Part shown: piece by piece, positions 1-17,658 of the stretch
Layout of the letters: each line of letters starts with the position of its first letter
How positions within the stretch are numbered: the stretch's first letter is position 1
Source: the human T2T-CHM13v2.0 reference genome, Homo sapiens
Reading direction: 5' to 3' (one strand)
DNA length: 64,000 nt
Assembly: GCF_009914755.1 (NCBI RefSeq)
Contig: NC_060935.1
Notes under the pieces: generated by a model
Told to the model about the DNA's origin: nothing
The model's input: only the letters and a program-made list of their open reading frames with translations
Databases searched by the model: none
Position numbers and translations under genes: made by a program

Positions 1-179
1 CTTTCCTGATCATTTTTAAACGAATCACCTTTTACGTTCACTTATATGCCAATACTTACAGTTAAGTAAAAAAAAAAATTGAAAAATTTATTATTGCCAT
101 TCACCATATTTAAAAAATAAAGAACAGAGGCAGACCAGTCTTTAGAAAATTAAAATTAAATATTAAAAGGAGAAAAATT

Positions 180-2505
<2,326 letters not shown>

Positions 2506-3119
2506 AAAACATAGGTAAGCTGATACTATTTTCAGTACCTCACCAAGCTTCAATTTTCTCATCAGTGAAGTAAAAATAATAATACCTGCCTCACAGGGAT
2601 TTTTTTAACATTTTGTGTGTGGTATGTGTGTGCATGCGCACCCATCCACAATACCTCCGTATCACTCCTTATCAGGCCTTATTTTTCTTCAAAGCAATTA
2701 TAATTATGTATTTAATTGTTTACCTCCCCCAACTATACTGTAAATTCTTTGAGAACAAAAACTTTACCTATTGACCACTACCTTCCCAAATGCTTACAAC
2801 AATGCCTGGTACACAGTAAGTACTCCATATGTATTAAGTGATTTAATGAATGAATGTGTGTGTGTGTATGTGTAACTACATTGCCTTACATGGAGCATAT
2901 GACTCAACCTACATTGATAGCTAATCCACTATCACCCTGCCTTTTCCATGGGACCAAAAAAGTTATCAGGTACTTTCCCAATACATTTATTAAAGTCTGG
3001 TGGCTTATTTCTCAGCACCTTTTATTGGCTACATATAGTAGGCAAATTATTAGAAAATTTGATAGGTCTGCTTTTACTATAAACAAAAACTGTTCCTTCT
3101 CATGAAAGTGATGTCTTCT

Positions 3120-3292
3120 AGCCAGGCATGGTAGCACATGTCTATTTTCCCAGCTATTTGGGAGACTGAGATGGGAGGATACCCTTGAGCACAGGAATTC
3201 GAGGCTGGAATGTACAATGATCACATCTGTGAATAGCCACTGCACTCCAGCCTGGGCAACATAGTGAGATCCCAGCCCTTATAAAAAAGGAA
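3120..3292 (+). mobile_element. Alu monomer (FRAM/AluJ right arm)
   Basis: Single arm flanked by TSD GAAAGTGATG(T/G)CTTC. Confidence 0.8.
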
Positions 3293-3370
3293 GAAAGTGA
3301 TGGCTTCAATTTCTGATCGTGACATGACTTGAGAAAATTTTATTTTGCTTTTCTGTTTTCCCCCCCACAG

Positions 3371-3472
3371 GGTTTATCCATGGCTTAGAGGACTGGGTTA
3401 TACATCATTGGGTATATTTTTATTGGGATTTTTATTTTGGAATATAGATAACATATTTTGTGAGTCACTGAG
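3371..3472 (+). CDS. ACER3: Alkaline ceramidase 3, internal coding exon (102 bp)
   Basis: Pyrimidine tract with cag acceptor at 3368-3370 and AG|gtaag donor at 3472/3473. Translates (W)VYPWLRGLGYTSLGIFLLGFLFWNIDNIFCESL(R), recognised as ACER3. Confidence 0.96.
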
Positions 3473-4180
3473 GTAAGATATATTTTCATTCCTTCAGAAA
3501 TATTTTTGGAAGCATTTTATTAAGTAGAGAATTTTATAAACATATAGAAATAGTAGTGCCCTGAAATGAATTTTTACTATTGTTGACATTTAAAAGATAT
3601 ATACAGTATAATAAAGTTAGACTATTAGAATACCTGTTTAAATTACCTAAAATTTTGGACCTGAGACTATTTCATAACCTCTGTAGGGTTTGGGTTTTGT
3701 GTGTGTGGGCATCAAAGAACTATATAGTTAATCAAATGTTGACTATTCCTTTGAAACATGCCTGATCTGTTTCATTGAATAAAGAAGACTGATTTGTAAT
3801 AAGCATATGAAATATATGTATATAAACATACACTTTCATATGCTTAATGTTATTTTCTAAAAAAGCAAGTGTTCCTTTTACCATCTTGTCAGCAATCATA
3901 TATTGACAGGAGTTTGAATCTTAGACTTAGGTCTCTGGATTCTAGTCTGTCATTAAGACACTGTCTTTCTGGCCCTCTTTTCCATGAAATGAGCATGCTG
4001 AACAGGTTAAACAGGTGGGTCATTCCAACTCTAAATCCTGTGAACTAACAATTTTGCATAAACAGAGAAGAGAGGAGGGTACTGAACAGTACTACAGGAA
4101 GGCAATCAACAAAATTCAGACTGTGAGAAATCTACAGAATGAATGACCTGGTCTCTTCGACAAATAAATTGCAGAGGCAC

Positions 4181-4526
<346 letters not shown>

Positions 4527-5030
4527 TTAAGAGCCTTAGATATATCCAACCAGATACAATGTGTTGGCCTTTTTTGGATTCTGATTCAAACAAACCAACT
4601 ATTTAAAAAAATAAAGTATGAGAAATTTGGAACTTCAATCAGTAACCGAATCTTTTATGATATTAAGGGAGTATTATTATTATCTTTAGGTGTGAAAATG
4701 TGGTTATGTTTTAGGGAGGTTTTCATATTTTAGAAATACATACTAAATATTTATAAATAAAATGACATAGTATCTGGGATTTGCTTCAAAAAGATATGAG
4801 AGAGAGAAGTGGCTGAGGGTTTAGATGACACAGATTGACCATAAATTATCATTGTTGAATACTGTTCCTCAGAATGTACTTTGGATAACAATGTGGCAGA
4901 CTACAGGAAACTTAAGGCAATTAAATAACTGCTGTTTTGAGAATGATATTTCAAAATGCTCTAAGACTATCAGCGTTAGTCGCTAAATATTTTAAAAATT
5001 TAACGTGATTTTCTCCCTCTCTCCACACAG

Positions 5031-5135
5031 GAACTTTCGAAAGAAGGTACCACCTATCATAGGTATTACCACACAATTTCATGCATGGTGGCATATTTTA
5101 ACTGGCCTTGGTTCCTATCTTCACATCCTTTTCAG
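5031..5135 (+). CDS. ACER3: ACER3 internal coding exon (105 bp) with the CREST-family HxxxH zinc-binding motif
   Basis: ctccacacag| acceptor and AG|gtagg donor. Translates (R)NFRKKVPPIIGITTQFHAWWHILTGLGSYLHILF(S), in frame with the previous exon. Confidence 0.96.
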
Positions 5136-5199
5136 GTAGGAAATAGAGACTTTTTTAGCCTCGTACTAGAGTTTGTTGTTTTTTTTTTTCTTTACTCTT

Positions 5200-6075
5200 T
5201 AAATAGGATGTAAATATTTTTAAAACACTAGAAAATTCACAAACATGAAAATTAAATAGTACACTCTTGAACAACCGCTGGGTCAAAGAAGAAGTCAAAA
5301 AATTAGAAAATACCTTGAGACAAGTGAAAACAAAAATACAACATACCAAACTTATGACATGCAGCAAAAGCAATACTAAGAGAAGTTCACAGAAATTAAT
5401 GTCACATTTAAAAGGAAGAGAGATCTCAATGAAACTTTACACCTCAAAGAACAAGGAAAAGAACAAATTAAGCCCAAATTTGGCAGAAGGAAAGAAATAA
5501 CATGGAGCAGAAATAAACAAAATAGAAAAATTTTTAAAAATCTGTGAAACTAAGAGTTGGGGTACTGAAAGATCACCAGAATTGACAAACCTTAGCAAGA
5601 CTAACAAAAAAAGAGAGAGAAGACTCAAATACATAAAATCAGAAATAAAAGAAGAGACATTACAATGCTGCCACAGAGATAAGAAGAATCCCACAATTAT
5701 ATGCCAACCAATTGGATGACTTAAAAGAAATGGACAATATCCTAGAAACAGAACCTACCAAGAGTGAGTTGTGAAGAAATAGAACAGACCTCTAACTAGG
5801 TCAAAACATTCATAAAAGAAATTAAGCAAAACGCAAACAAATGAAAAGACATCCTGTATTCATGGATTAAAAGACAAAGCTGTTAAAATGTTCATACTAC
5901 CCAAAGCCATCCACAGATCCAATGCAATCTCATTTAGAATTCCAAAGGCATTTTTTTACAGAAATAGAAAAAATAATTCCAACATTCATATGCAACCACA
6001 AAAGGCCACAGGTAGCCAGATCAATCTTGAAAAAGAGCAGACATGAAACATCACACTTCTTGATTTCAAAATAAA
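5200..6075 (+). mobile_element. L1 ORF2 fragments
   Basis: Degenerate ORF2 (NNRWVKEEVKKLEN...). Confidence 0.8.
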
Positions 6076-6294
6076 CAAGCATGCATAACTTTTTCTTTTG
6101 TTTGTACTTTTCAGGTATTGTGTTTTTTACAAGTAGAAAGTTTGTGGCAGTCCTGCATTAAGCAAGTTTATAGGTGACATTTTTCCAGCAGCATGTGCTC
6201 ACTTCATGTTTCTGTGTCTTATTTTTGTAATTCTGACAATATTTCAAACTTTATTATTATTATTATATCTGTTATGGTGATCTGTGATCAGTGA

Positions 6295-6594
<300 letters not shown>

Positions 6595-7533
6595 TGTGAT
6601 CAGTGATCTTTGATGTTACTATTGTAATTGTTTTGAGGCACCACAAACCATGCACATAGAAGACGGTGAACTTAATAAATGTATGTTTTGACTGCTCCAC
6701 CAATTGGCCATTCCCCAGTCTCTTTCCTTCTCCTCCAGCCTCCCTAATTCCCTAAGAGAAAGCAAAATTAAAAATAGGCCAATTAATAACCCTACAGTGG
6801 CCTCTAAGTGTTCAAGTGAAAGGAAGAGTTACACATCTCTCACTTTAAACCAAAAGCTAGAAATGATTAAGCTTAGTGAGGAACGTATGTTGAAAGCTGA
6901 GATAGGCCAAAAGGTAGGCCTCTTGTGCCAAACAGTTGGCCAAGTTGTGAAGGCAAAGGAAAGTTCTTGAAGGAAATTAAAAGTGCTACTCCAGAGAACA
7001 CACGAATAGTGAAAGTGACACAGCCTTATTTCTGATGTGTAGAAATTTCTAGTAGTCTGGATAAAAGATCAGACCAACCACAACATTGCCTTAAGCCAAG
7101 GCCTAATCCAGATCAAGGCCCCAACTCACTTCAGTTCTGTGAAGGCTGACAGAAGTGAGGAAGCTGCAGAAGAAAAGTTTGAAGCTAGCAGAGGTTGGTT
7201 CATGAGGCTTAAGGAAAGAAGCCATCTCCATAACATAAAAGTGCAAGGTGAAGCTGCAGCAAGTTATCCAGAAGATCTAGCTGAGATTATTGATGAAAGT
7301 GGTTACACTAAACAACAGAGTTTCAGTGTAGATGAAACAGCCTTCTATTGGAAGAAGATACCATCTAGGATTTTCATAGCTAGAGAAGAGAAGTCAATGC
7401 GTGGCTTCAAAGCTTCAAAGGACAGGTTGTGACGCTCTTGTTTGGAGTTAATGTAGCTGATGACCTTAAGTTGAAGTCAGTGCTCATTTTCTATTTTGAA
7501 AGTCCTATGGCCCTTAAGAATTATGCTAAATGT

Positions 7534-7830
<297 letters not shown>

Positions 7831-8085
7831 CTAAATATACTCTGCTTGTGCTCTATAAAATGGAACAACAAAGCCTAGATTACAGCACATCCATTTACAG
7901 CATGGTTTACTGAATATTTTGAGTAGATGCTCAAAAAAAAAACAGTTGCTGAACAAATGAAGCATATACTCATGTTGTTTTTGCTTCGTACATGCAGAAG
8001 CACTATGGTTACGTTTGTCAGTACGCCAGTTTGCATGAATTCAAAATGAATCTGAAAAGCTTTCCCCCTCCCACTTTTCTTTCAG

Positions 8086-8131
8086 TTTGTATACAAGAAC
8101 ACTTTACCTGAGATATAGGCCAAAAGTGAAG
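8086..8131 (+). CDS. ACER3: ACER3 penultimate exon (46 bp), ends in phase 0
   Basis: ttttctttcag| acceptor and AAG|gtaagt donor. Translates (S)LYTRTLYLRYRPKVK. Confidence 0.95.
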
Positions 8132-8628
8132 GTAAGTCCACTTCCTAGGTCCTGTGTGTGTGTTGGGGGTATGGTACTGGGAGTATAGGATGGAGGTGGA
8201 AGAAGAAAGGGGAGTTTGGAGAGGTAGTGGAGCAAACACAGGCTTTGGAACCAAAGGCTGTGAATCTTTCATTTACTACTGCATGTTCTTGGACAAATCT
8301 CTTTAAGCCTTAGTTTCTTCAACAATAAAATTAAGCTGCTAATAACTACATTGCAGAGTTGTTTTAAAGATCAGAGATAATTTATATGCCCAGCTCCATG
8401 CTTGACAAAGTCAAAGCTTAATAAATTTAAATAAACTCAATAAAAATACTCTCTGATATCTGGTCCAAGTCTAGAAGGAATAAACTGTGCTCAGGCTGCT
8501 AATACCAGGACAATCACTAGCAAACCTACGTATAGTCATAGCCCCATGGATTCTTTCTCATTCTTTTTCAGGGATAACATGGAACAATTCTGTCTTTTCT
8601 CATTTTGTCCTAATTTGTCCCCAAACAG

Positions 8629-8682
8629 TTTCTCTTTGGAATCTGGCCAGTGATCCTGTTTGAGCCTCTCAGGAAGCATTGA
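8629..8682 (+). CDS. ACER3: ACER3 terminal exon, coding part
   Basis: ccaaacag| acceptor. Translates FLFGIWPVILFEPLRKH*, TGA at 8680-8682. Confidence 0.95.
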   Translation, partial: FLFGIWPVILFEPLRKH

Positions 8683-11600
8683 TGAATCATTCCACCAAGA
8701 AAACAAACAAGCACCTACCATAGACCTGGCAGAATAAATAAGGAAATCCTTAAAGATCTACAAGTTCAAATATGTCATGACCATCACAGCAGAGGAGTGA
8801 CTTTCTGACTAATGCTGCCACCCACACAGAGAATAAGGAGTAGGGCCTGCTGGGTGTTTAGCTCATGGCTTTATCTTATTTGTCCCCCTCCTCCTTTCAC
8901 GCTCCAGTTTATAAAGAAACAGAGATGATGTGTGTGTATGCCTCAATGCAGAAACAGTTGGGCTTTTCTTAACAGGTTAACAGTTTGTGCTGGTTATAAG
9001 AAATTAACCTTCTTTTCTTTTTGCCAAGGGTTGCATGTGAATTATACCTTTCTTAATATTTGATTAAATAATGCAGTCAGCTAAGAGCCAACAAAACCCC
9101 ATATCCAGATAGTTAGCTGTGAGCCAGCACTCAGCTGTGTCAGATTTGATTAATATTGTATTAATCTCATGGATGGTTCTCAAAGGTAAAAAAAGAGAGA
9201 GAAAGAGAGAGAGCTAGCTGTGGGATTCTGTGTAGTTCTTCACTATCTGTTCCAGGGCTAGTCGGAGGATCATAAGCAAGCTCAGACCTGCCCCCAGTTC
9301 AGTACTTGACCACATCCCAGGATTTATGGTGTCTGTCTATGGCCACAGCCAACCAGAATGAGTGGGTCATCTTATAACCTTTCTGAAGCTCCATGAGGAC
9401 ATGTATAGAATGCTGCACCTTCAGCCAGCTCTGCTCTGATCTTTGCAGATCTTTAAGTTGTCACTGTTTCTACGGCTAGACAAATATGACTGGTGGTCTA
9501 GACTACCCATAGTTCATCCTCCTCACATAACTTATTTGAAGTTGTCAGGGAATGTCATTACACTCTGATTTTTAAAATTATGCAGTATTTTCCAGTTCTC
9601 AGAGAGGTCATGGTTGTACCCAGGGAAGTGTGTTGCATTAACTAAAGCTAAAATTATCAGAATCCTATTTACATAAAGCATATTAAAATATCTGCTCCTT
9701 AATTTTCTGAAGGAAATAGATGTAAGTTTCTGCTACTTGAAACCTACAGAACCGACAAAAATTAGGGTGCTAAAAAAATGACAGTGAAATCTCATCGTAA
9801 GGCAGCTAGTTCTAATTTGCATTTGAATGTATAACAAATTGCATCACTTTTCACAAACTTAACACCTGCCTGGAGTAAAAATCTGATTTGACCCCTCTGC
9901 TCATGTTTCATCATATTTGTAGCTCTGCATCATTTAGCATTTTTATGACTTTTTTTGCTTTATATAAATTATTGTAAAATCCAGATTGTTTTTACCACAT
10001 GATGACGTGACTCAGGATTAAATCCTGAGCTACAGTTTCAAAAGGAAAATCATTTTTTTCTTATGCAAAGATGGTAAAACACTGTTGTCATTTTTTCCAG
10101 TATTCAATAAGTAGCCTTTGTACAAATTTAAAACCAAAAACTATTCTGTTGTTTTTCTTCACCTACTAGCCTTAGTTTTTAACCAAGTATCCAAGGATGT
10201 CAACTTGACATCCTTCCCTTAGCATGCCAACAAGCCATTAGACTGATTCTTCCACCTACTTTTATGAACCTCCAGGAAGAAAAACACTTGCCAAAACATT
10301 AAGAGAACTTTGATTCTGCCTTAAGAGGGTATAGAACTAAACCATTTGAAGGCACAGCCCATAAGACTATACTTGATTTTGCCCCAAGATTCTGACTTCT
10401 GGCTACATTTCACCTGCAGTTACCTGGGCTATCGGCCGTGATACATTTTTTAATTCATTTGTTTTCCACCATTATATTTTTATACTTTTCAGTTAGATAT
10501 ACTTCTGCATAAAGAGTATATATACAGTGTAGGATAAAGGCATATCGTACATGGCAATGCTGTTAAACATGGTAAGACTGAGGTTCTGCAGGATTAAAGT
10601 CAGATTAAGGGTACAGAAAGCACACCTTGATACTGAGGCCATTTAGAGCAATTTGTTTAATGAGTGGTTCAGCCATCACCACCAGTGGCCACCTGTTCAA
10701 TAAAATTGCCTAGCACCACAGTGGAGAGTCATCTACACCCCAAGGTGAGCTGTAAGACTGGCCAATTCTTTGAAGACCTTTTTTTCTGTTGGGAGAATGG
10801 AAAGCAGAAAGGGAAGCCAGGCTCTTTAATGTTCCAAGTCAGCTGTGCCTCACACAAGGCTCTCTTTTTAGCTACTAAGTAACATACTCAAGACTTTGTA
10901 TCTGTGCAGCATTTTATGGAAATCACTGGTGACCTATAGGATATTACTAAATTATTTCAATAGCTTTATTTTTTTCCTACTTGGATTCTAGGTGGACATT
11001 ACAGAGTTGAATTCCTCACTACCCCCTCCCGCTGTCATTTGTTTTATTGGAAAACTTCATGTTAACTAGAGTGTACAAAAAGTCTGTTTCCTGCTGAGCC
11101 AATAGTGATTTGTTTGCATATCACCTAATGTGAAAAGTGCTCATCTGTGAACTCTATAGCAAATTATATTTTAGAAAATACTTTGTGAGGCCGGGCATGG
11201 TGGCAGAGCGAGACTCCGTCTCAAAAAAAAAGAAAAGAAAAGAAAATATAAGGATGTAAAAGAAGCAATTTGCTTGCACATCTGAATATCCTTCTTGTGT
11301 CTCCATTTTCACTCTTGAAAACTGAAAGCAATTTGACTTTTATTTTTGTTTTTCTAAAGAACAGCTAGGTGAAAGGAGGTTAAGCTGATTGTCACTCTGC
11401 CTGCCCACTACCTACTCCCCACCATGGTGTTTCATGAAACATCCCCACCACCTGAAGTGATCTTTTTAATCCTTGTGATAGTAAATGCATTGATAATTAA
11501 CAGGAAAAACATGTTTTTAAATAATCTACAAATGAGAACCCAAATGGTAGTGTTTTGTTTGACAGAAGTAAATCAAATATTATGGTTTAAATATAATGCA

Positions 11601-12130
11601 AAATTTCAGGACAGTTAATTTGGGCTTCCCTTACCCTAAGAGGGTTTTTCTTATAATAAGGAGAAGAGGTGTGGTTCAAAGAAAATTAAGAGACAAAACC
11701 TTCAGGTACATAATGCATGAAAATCTTTAAATGCCTGCAAAAATTAAGTTCTGTTATAATACCAGCCAATTCTGAATTAGCCAATGCCCTAAAAGCATCT
11801 AACAATTTAAGGTTATCTTATGAGTCCTATGAAAACAATTATTTGTTGCTAAATTTGAGTTTTAGCTACCAACGCCATGTTTACGTGACAAGAAATTGTT
11901 TTGGCCCTGTGGTTTATGACGTGCTGCTGGATAAGCATTTATGTAAAACTGAGTATTTCAAAGAGAACCATTTACAATTGGAATTTCCACCTGTGTGGCT
12001 GTTTGCAGACCTACCTCTGTCTTCCATTTTGCATCCTGTCAGTGCTATAATTAGTTTGATCACTTTGTCTTGTTTTTCAGTGTCTACAATTATAGCTTAT
12101 TCACTATGTTCTAACTATTTAAAAATAATG

Positions 12131-12472
<342 letters not shown>

Positions 12473-12568
12473 TTATGGAAGGAGCTGCAAAATGAAAAAA
12501 AAAAAAAAAAGGAATCATGTCATCTTGACCCAGCTGACTGGAAATTTTCAATACTGTCTTTTAACTGT

Positions 12569-12609
12569 TGTACTCCAGCCAGCCTGGGCAACAGAGTGAG
12601 ACCCTGTCT

Positions 12610-12651
<42 letters not shown>
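12569..12651 (+). mobile_element. Alu 3' fragment with A41 tail
   Basis: CTCCAGCCAGCCTGGGCAACAGAGTGAGACCCTGTCTC followed by an A run at 12611-12651. Confidence 0.85.
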
Positions 12652-12653
<2 letters not shown>

Positions 12654-13649
12654 ATTAGGAAATACTTGTTAAAATATCTAACTACGTAATTGCTACATGG
12701 GGGAGCTGCTGGTGTTGTTGAGGTCCTTGGGAGCATTCCACTGGACTTCACCATTTCTCCAAAATTATCAGCCCAGTCAGCTTCATATACCCAGATATGG
12801 ACACTTCTACACGTGAAATTCAAACTGAAGATAAAACTCTGACTTTGGAGTATAAACTTTTGCCTTGAGTATGAAACCTTGACATTGCTGAAAGAAAAGT
12901 GGAAACTGTAAGGGACAACAAGTTTCACCAAGGCACAGTCTTCTCTGATAGGCCAGCAGAGCAGCTAAGGAGAAGACAGATCATTCAAGAACTTAAGTCG
13001 TTTGTTAGCTACAGCATTTCCATTGCTGTGATACACATTCAGCCATTTTGGAGGAAAGCTAAGCAGGTACTGACCACCCATTTTCATGTACTTTAAATAA
13101 CAAATATTATTTCTCAAGGTCTTCATTTTATCATTAAATTCAGCTAATTACTACCTGATTTCAAAGGCAGCTAGTGTAGAAGACTGGTCACAAGAATTTT
13201 TTTTTAAATAGAAAACCCTAAAATGCAAATCAAGAAATTCAGTTACAGGCTGCAAGTGACCTAAAATTCCCCTACTCTAGCTCAGCAGCCATCAGTCAGT
13301 ATAGCATCAGCCACAGGTCACTGCTCTGCATACAGTTCCTTTTCAACCCTTACAAGACCTGCTTCATTGCTTTAAAAATGTAGTGTTGATACTTGAACTG
13401 AATTTAGTCATTGGTAACTTAAATATTCACAAAATTGTCATAAAGCTTCTGAAACATCTGGCAATGCCAGATCTGTAATCATCACTTTTAAATTGAATTT
13501 GCAGAATTAACTCTAAAGTTGCAGCAACCATATTTATTAGAGAAATCTTTAAGCATATACATATGGTTCCCTATAAGCATTCATTCAGAGATCATCTGTG
13601 CCTAAAAGAAAATGATAAAAATGTGTCATAATATCAAAGGGGTCTAGAT

Positions 13650-14170
13650 CAGGGGTTGGTAAACTACAACCCATGGGCCAAATTCAGGCTGCGTTGTATG
13701 GCCTGCAAGGTAAGAATGGTTATTTTATTTTATTTTATTCTTTATATATATATATATATATATATTTATTTATTTTTTTGAGACAGAGTCTCTCTCTGTC
13801 ACCCACGCTGGAGTGCAGTGGCAGGATCTCAACTCATTGCAACCTCCGCCTCCCAAGGTTCAAGCGATTCTCCTGCCTCAGCCTCCCGAGTAGCTGGGAC
13901 TACAGGCACATGCCACCATGCCACCATGCCTGGCTGATTTTTGTATTTTTAGTAGAGCTGGGTTGGCCAGGCTGGTCTTGAACTCCTGACCTCAAGTGAT
14001 TCACCTGCCTTGGCCTCCCAAAGTCCTGGAATTACAGGCGTGAGCTACCGTGCCCAGCTGGTTTTTACATTTTAAAAACGTTTAGAGAAAGAAGAATATG
14101 CAACAGAAACTGTATGTAGCCTGCAAAGCCTAAAATGTTTACTCTCTGGCTTGGGAGTTTGTCTCCCCTG
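13650..14170 (+). mobile_element. MER58-like hAT element interrupted by an antisense Alu
   Basis: CAGGGG...CCCCTG termini flanked by (G/C)TCTAGA(T/C) 8-mers. Confidence 0.75.
13722..14058 (-). mobile_element. AluS (antisense) with (TA)n-expanded tail in ACER3 3' UTR
   Basis: Reverse-complement Alu dimer. Confidence 0.9.
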
Positions 14171-16663
14171 CTCTAGACTGTCAGCAAGTGGTACAGTGGT
14201 ACAGTACAGTGGTACTGCCCAACTGCACTTCTCTGCAAGGTGATTCTAGTGTGCACTTGTCAGAATGAAAATATGTTATTCATTTAAGACATCTCATGTC
14301 TTTGAATGTAATCACATGATTTGTATTTAATATTTACATGACCTAATTATTTTTTCACGTCAGTTTTTCTAGATTGGCAATAGCCTGTTGCAAAGTGCCT
14401 AAACCTTTGAGAAAAATTACTATGAGCAAGGTCCATGATTTAGTTTTCAATATAAAGGGAATTCCATTCTATACTGTAAAATCCAAAAATGCTAGTTGCC
14501 CTCAGCTTTTGAGTTGACTTCCAGAAAGTTGAGATCTTTTGACCATTTTTTCTCGTGTCATATAAAATGTGCCACATGGTAGTTGTCAAGCTGTGGTAGT
14601 CATGTACACTTTTTTCTTTTTTTTAACTTTCTAAAAGGAAAAGTTCAAAGTCCTTTCCACAGTTAGTCTTCGCTTCTTTTGGATTTTTCTTTTTAGAGCT
14701 AAATTATTCATACCAATGAATAAGTGAGTCTGTTCTAAGATATAGGGGCCATTATCTATTTTTGCTTAATGGACTCATGTGGCATTGTTCACTATCATGC
14801 CTTTCCATACTTGTAATATTTCTGAGTCACTTATTAATGTGACCAACAGATAAACTGTTCAAGCTAATACAGCATTTCCTAACTTCATAGTTGTCGCAGA
14901 TGTTTGTTCTAGTAGCGATTATTTAATAAACATACATTGTACTGAATCTTACTAGCAACTAACTATTTTCAGGTAATCTCAGTCTGCTTATTCACTTTTT
15001 CCATTTGATTTGCTAATGCCACAATCATTTTTCTAGAAAATAGTAGGATAATGTATTTTTTCCTGTCTGCTATAATGGAGACTATATTTCTGCATTCATT
15101 ACCTCTCATAGGTGAAAATATTAAATTAAATAATATTGTTTTGAATAAGACTACTGGTAGTGTTTCATCCCTGATTTATATTTTTAAAATCTATACATTC
15201 ATATAAAGGCAGGGCTACCGTGTGTAATTATAGAGTTTACGTACTACACAAAGGCACCCAGTTGAGAGAGGAAGGAGGGTGAATGAGAGGCTGAAATCTA
15301 GCCTGTGCTCAGCCTGCCAAAGATAGGGTTACATCTCAGAGGACACATCTTTTCCCAGTTTGCTTAAGCTGGCAGTATAGGCCAGCAGCAAGCCTCTTCA
15401 TGGAAATGACATCCAGTCATTATCCTGGGAATTCTTTTTCACTGGGCTCCTAACACTGTACTGCAGTACCTTTCTACTCCAAACCTGAGTATGTTACAAG
15501 GTTAAAAGCTAATAATTTTTTAATTAAACATTTATATCTTTAAATACTCAGTATCTTCAACTTTAGGAGCTGTGAAGTAAACACGAACCATCCAGCTTCA
15601 CACATTGAAGAGGGACAGATCAGGAACAGAAAAAATGGTCCTGCATAAGCCATGTGTGTCTGTGGTTTATAACTTTTAACTGAAGTACCATCTACAAGAT
15701 ATAAAACAAATTAGAATTTCCCATAACTCACCTAGTTCCTCAAACCACAGCTTTTCAAATATTAGCTTTCTTAGCCAAGCCTGCTGGAATGGGTGGTTTT
15801 AGTCATTGCTGACCATATGGTTGATTCTTCAGCTAGTCCCTCCTTTGTGTGTCAGGGTGGGGCAGCCTTGCCTGGATGAACAGATGGATGCTAGCAAGAG
15901 GCGAAACAGGAATCTTTACCTGACAAAACACAGACATGAGTGTGCAAAGCCATTTGGGCTGTGCTTTGTGAAGGGAATGGCTGAAAAGGAGTTTGGATGG
16001 CTTTATTTCACCCTGAACAGTACACACCCGCCTAAGAAAGGCATCTGTCATTTGATTTAGCAAATTTTATGAACTTACTCTGGGCTTCTCTCTAGTGCAG
16101 TTCTGGGGTGGCCTTTTCAGCTCTTTTTTTCTTTCTTTCGCCCTGGACTGGAATGCAGTCTAACTCAAGTGGGTCTTCTTAGGTGACAGAGAAAACACGA
16201 CCTGTCTCACTTGACAGGGTAGCCTAGTCCCAAAGTAAGGCTTGATTCTCAAAGGAAATGAGAAAGCAGAAAATGGGGGGATCCATTTATTGAGCCCTAC
16301 TATGTGCCATCCATTCAATAAACTGGAAGGTCTGTTTTAGGTGCTAGGAGTACAATGAAAAATAAGACAGATACCTGCCCTCATGGCACTTAGTGTCTCA
16401 AAAGTAATTTTGCCAATTACATTTGGGATGAGTGTCATGAGGAAGGGTATAGAGAGTTCTAGGAGGGAATACGAGGGAGCTGGAGTAGGGAAGACATCCC
16501 TGAAGATGAATATCTACACCAAGAACTGAAGGACGAGAGGTATTAAGGAAAGTAGGGGAAAGGCCCTTTACAGCACAGGGAGCCAGAGGTGAGTTTCTGG
16601 AGAGATGGACTGGAATGACATCACATAGGGCTTTGAAAGCCATCTTACAAATTTGAATTTGGT

Positions 16664-16952
16664 TGTCCTGGTGCGGTGGCTCATGCCTGTAATCCCAACA
16701 CTTTGGAAGACCAAGGTGGGAGGACTGCTTGAGCCCAGGAGTTCAAGACCAGCCTGGGCAACACAACGAGACCCCATCTCTACAAAAAAAATTTAAGTAG
16801 CCAGGTGTGGTGGCACTCACCTGTAGTTCCAGCTACTCAGGAGGCTGAGGTGGGAGGATCGCTTGAATCCAGGAGTTCCAGGCTGCAGTGAGCTTTAATC
16901 AACTGCACTCCAGCCTGGACAATAGAAACATCACCTTTGAAAGAAAAAAAAA
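16664..16952 (+). mobile_element. AluJ within an L2 remnant
   Basis: TSD AATTTGAATTTGG. Confidence 0.88.
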
Positions 16953-17243
16953 GAATTTGAATTTGGAAAGCTCTGGAAAAGATGGAGGATGGATTAAAGG
17001 GAGCCAGTATGGATGTAGGGATACTAGATAGAGGAAGAACGGTGGATAGTGGCAGTGGAGATACGAACTCCAATATATCAGAGGTACATGGGAAGAAGGT
17101 TTAGGGTATTATAGAGTACACTTGGGATTTGCAGAGTTTGTAGACTGTGTGAGACATCCTGGCAGAGAGCTTAAAGATAATAAATGTCGATCTGGAGCTC
17201 AGCTGAGAGATCTGGGCTGAAGATGTAAATTTAAGAATGATGG

Positions 17244-17658
<415 letters not shown>

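Noticed and set aside
6704-7432. Transposase-like ORFs resembling TIGD1
   Set aside because: Frameshifted, stop-interrupted Tigger1 fossil split by Alus, not a domesticated gene.
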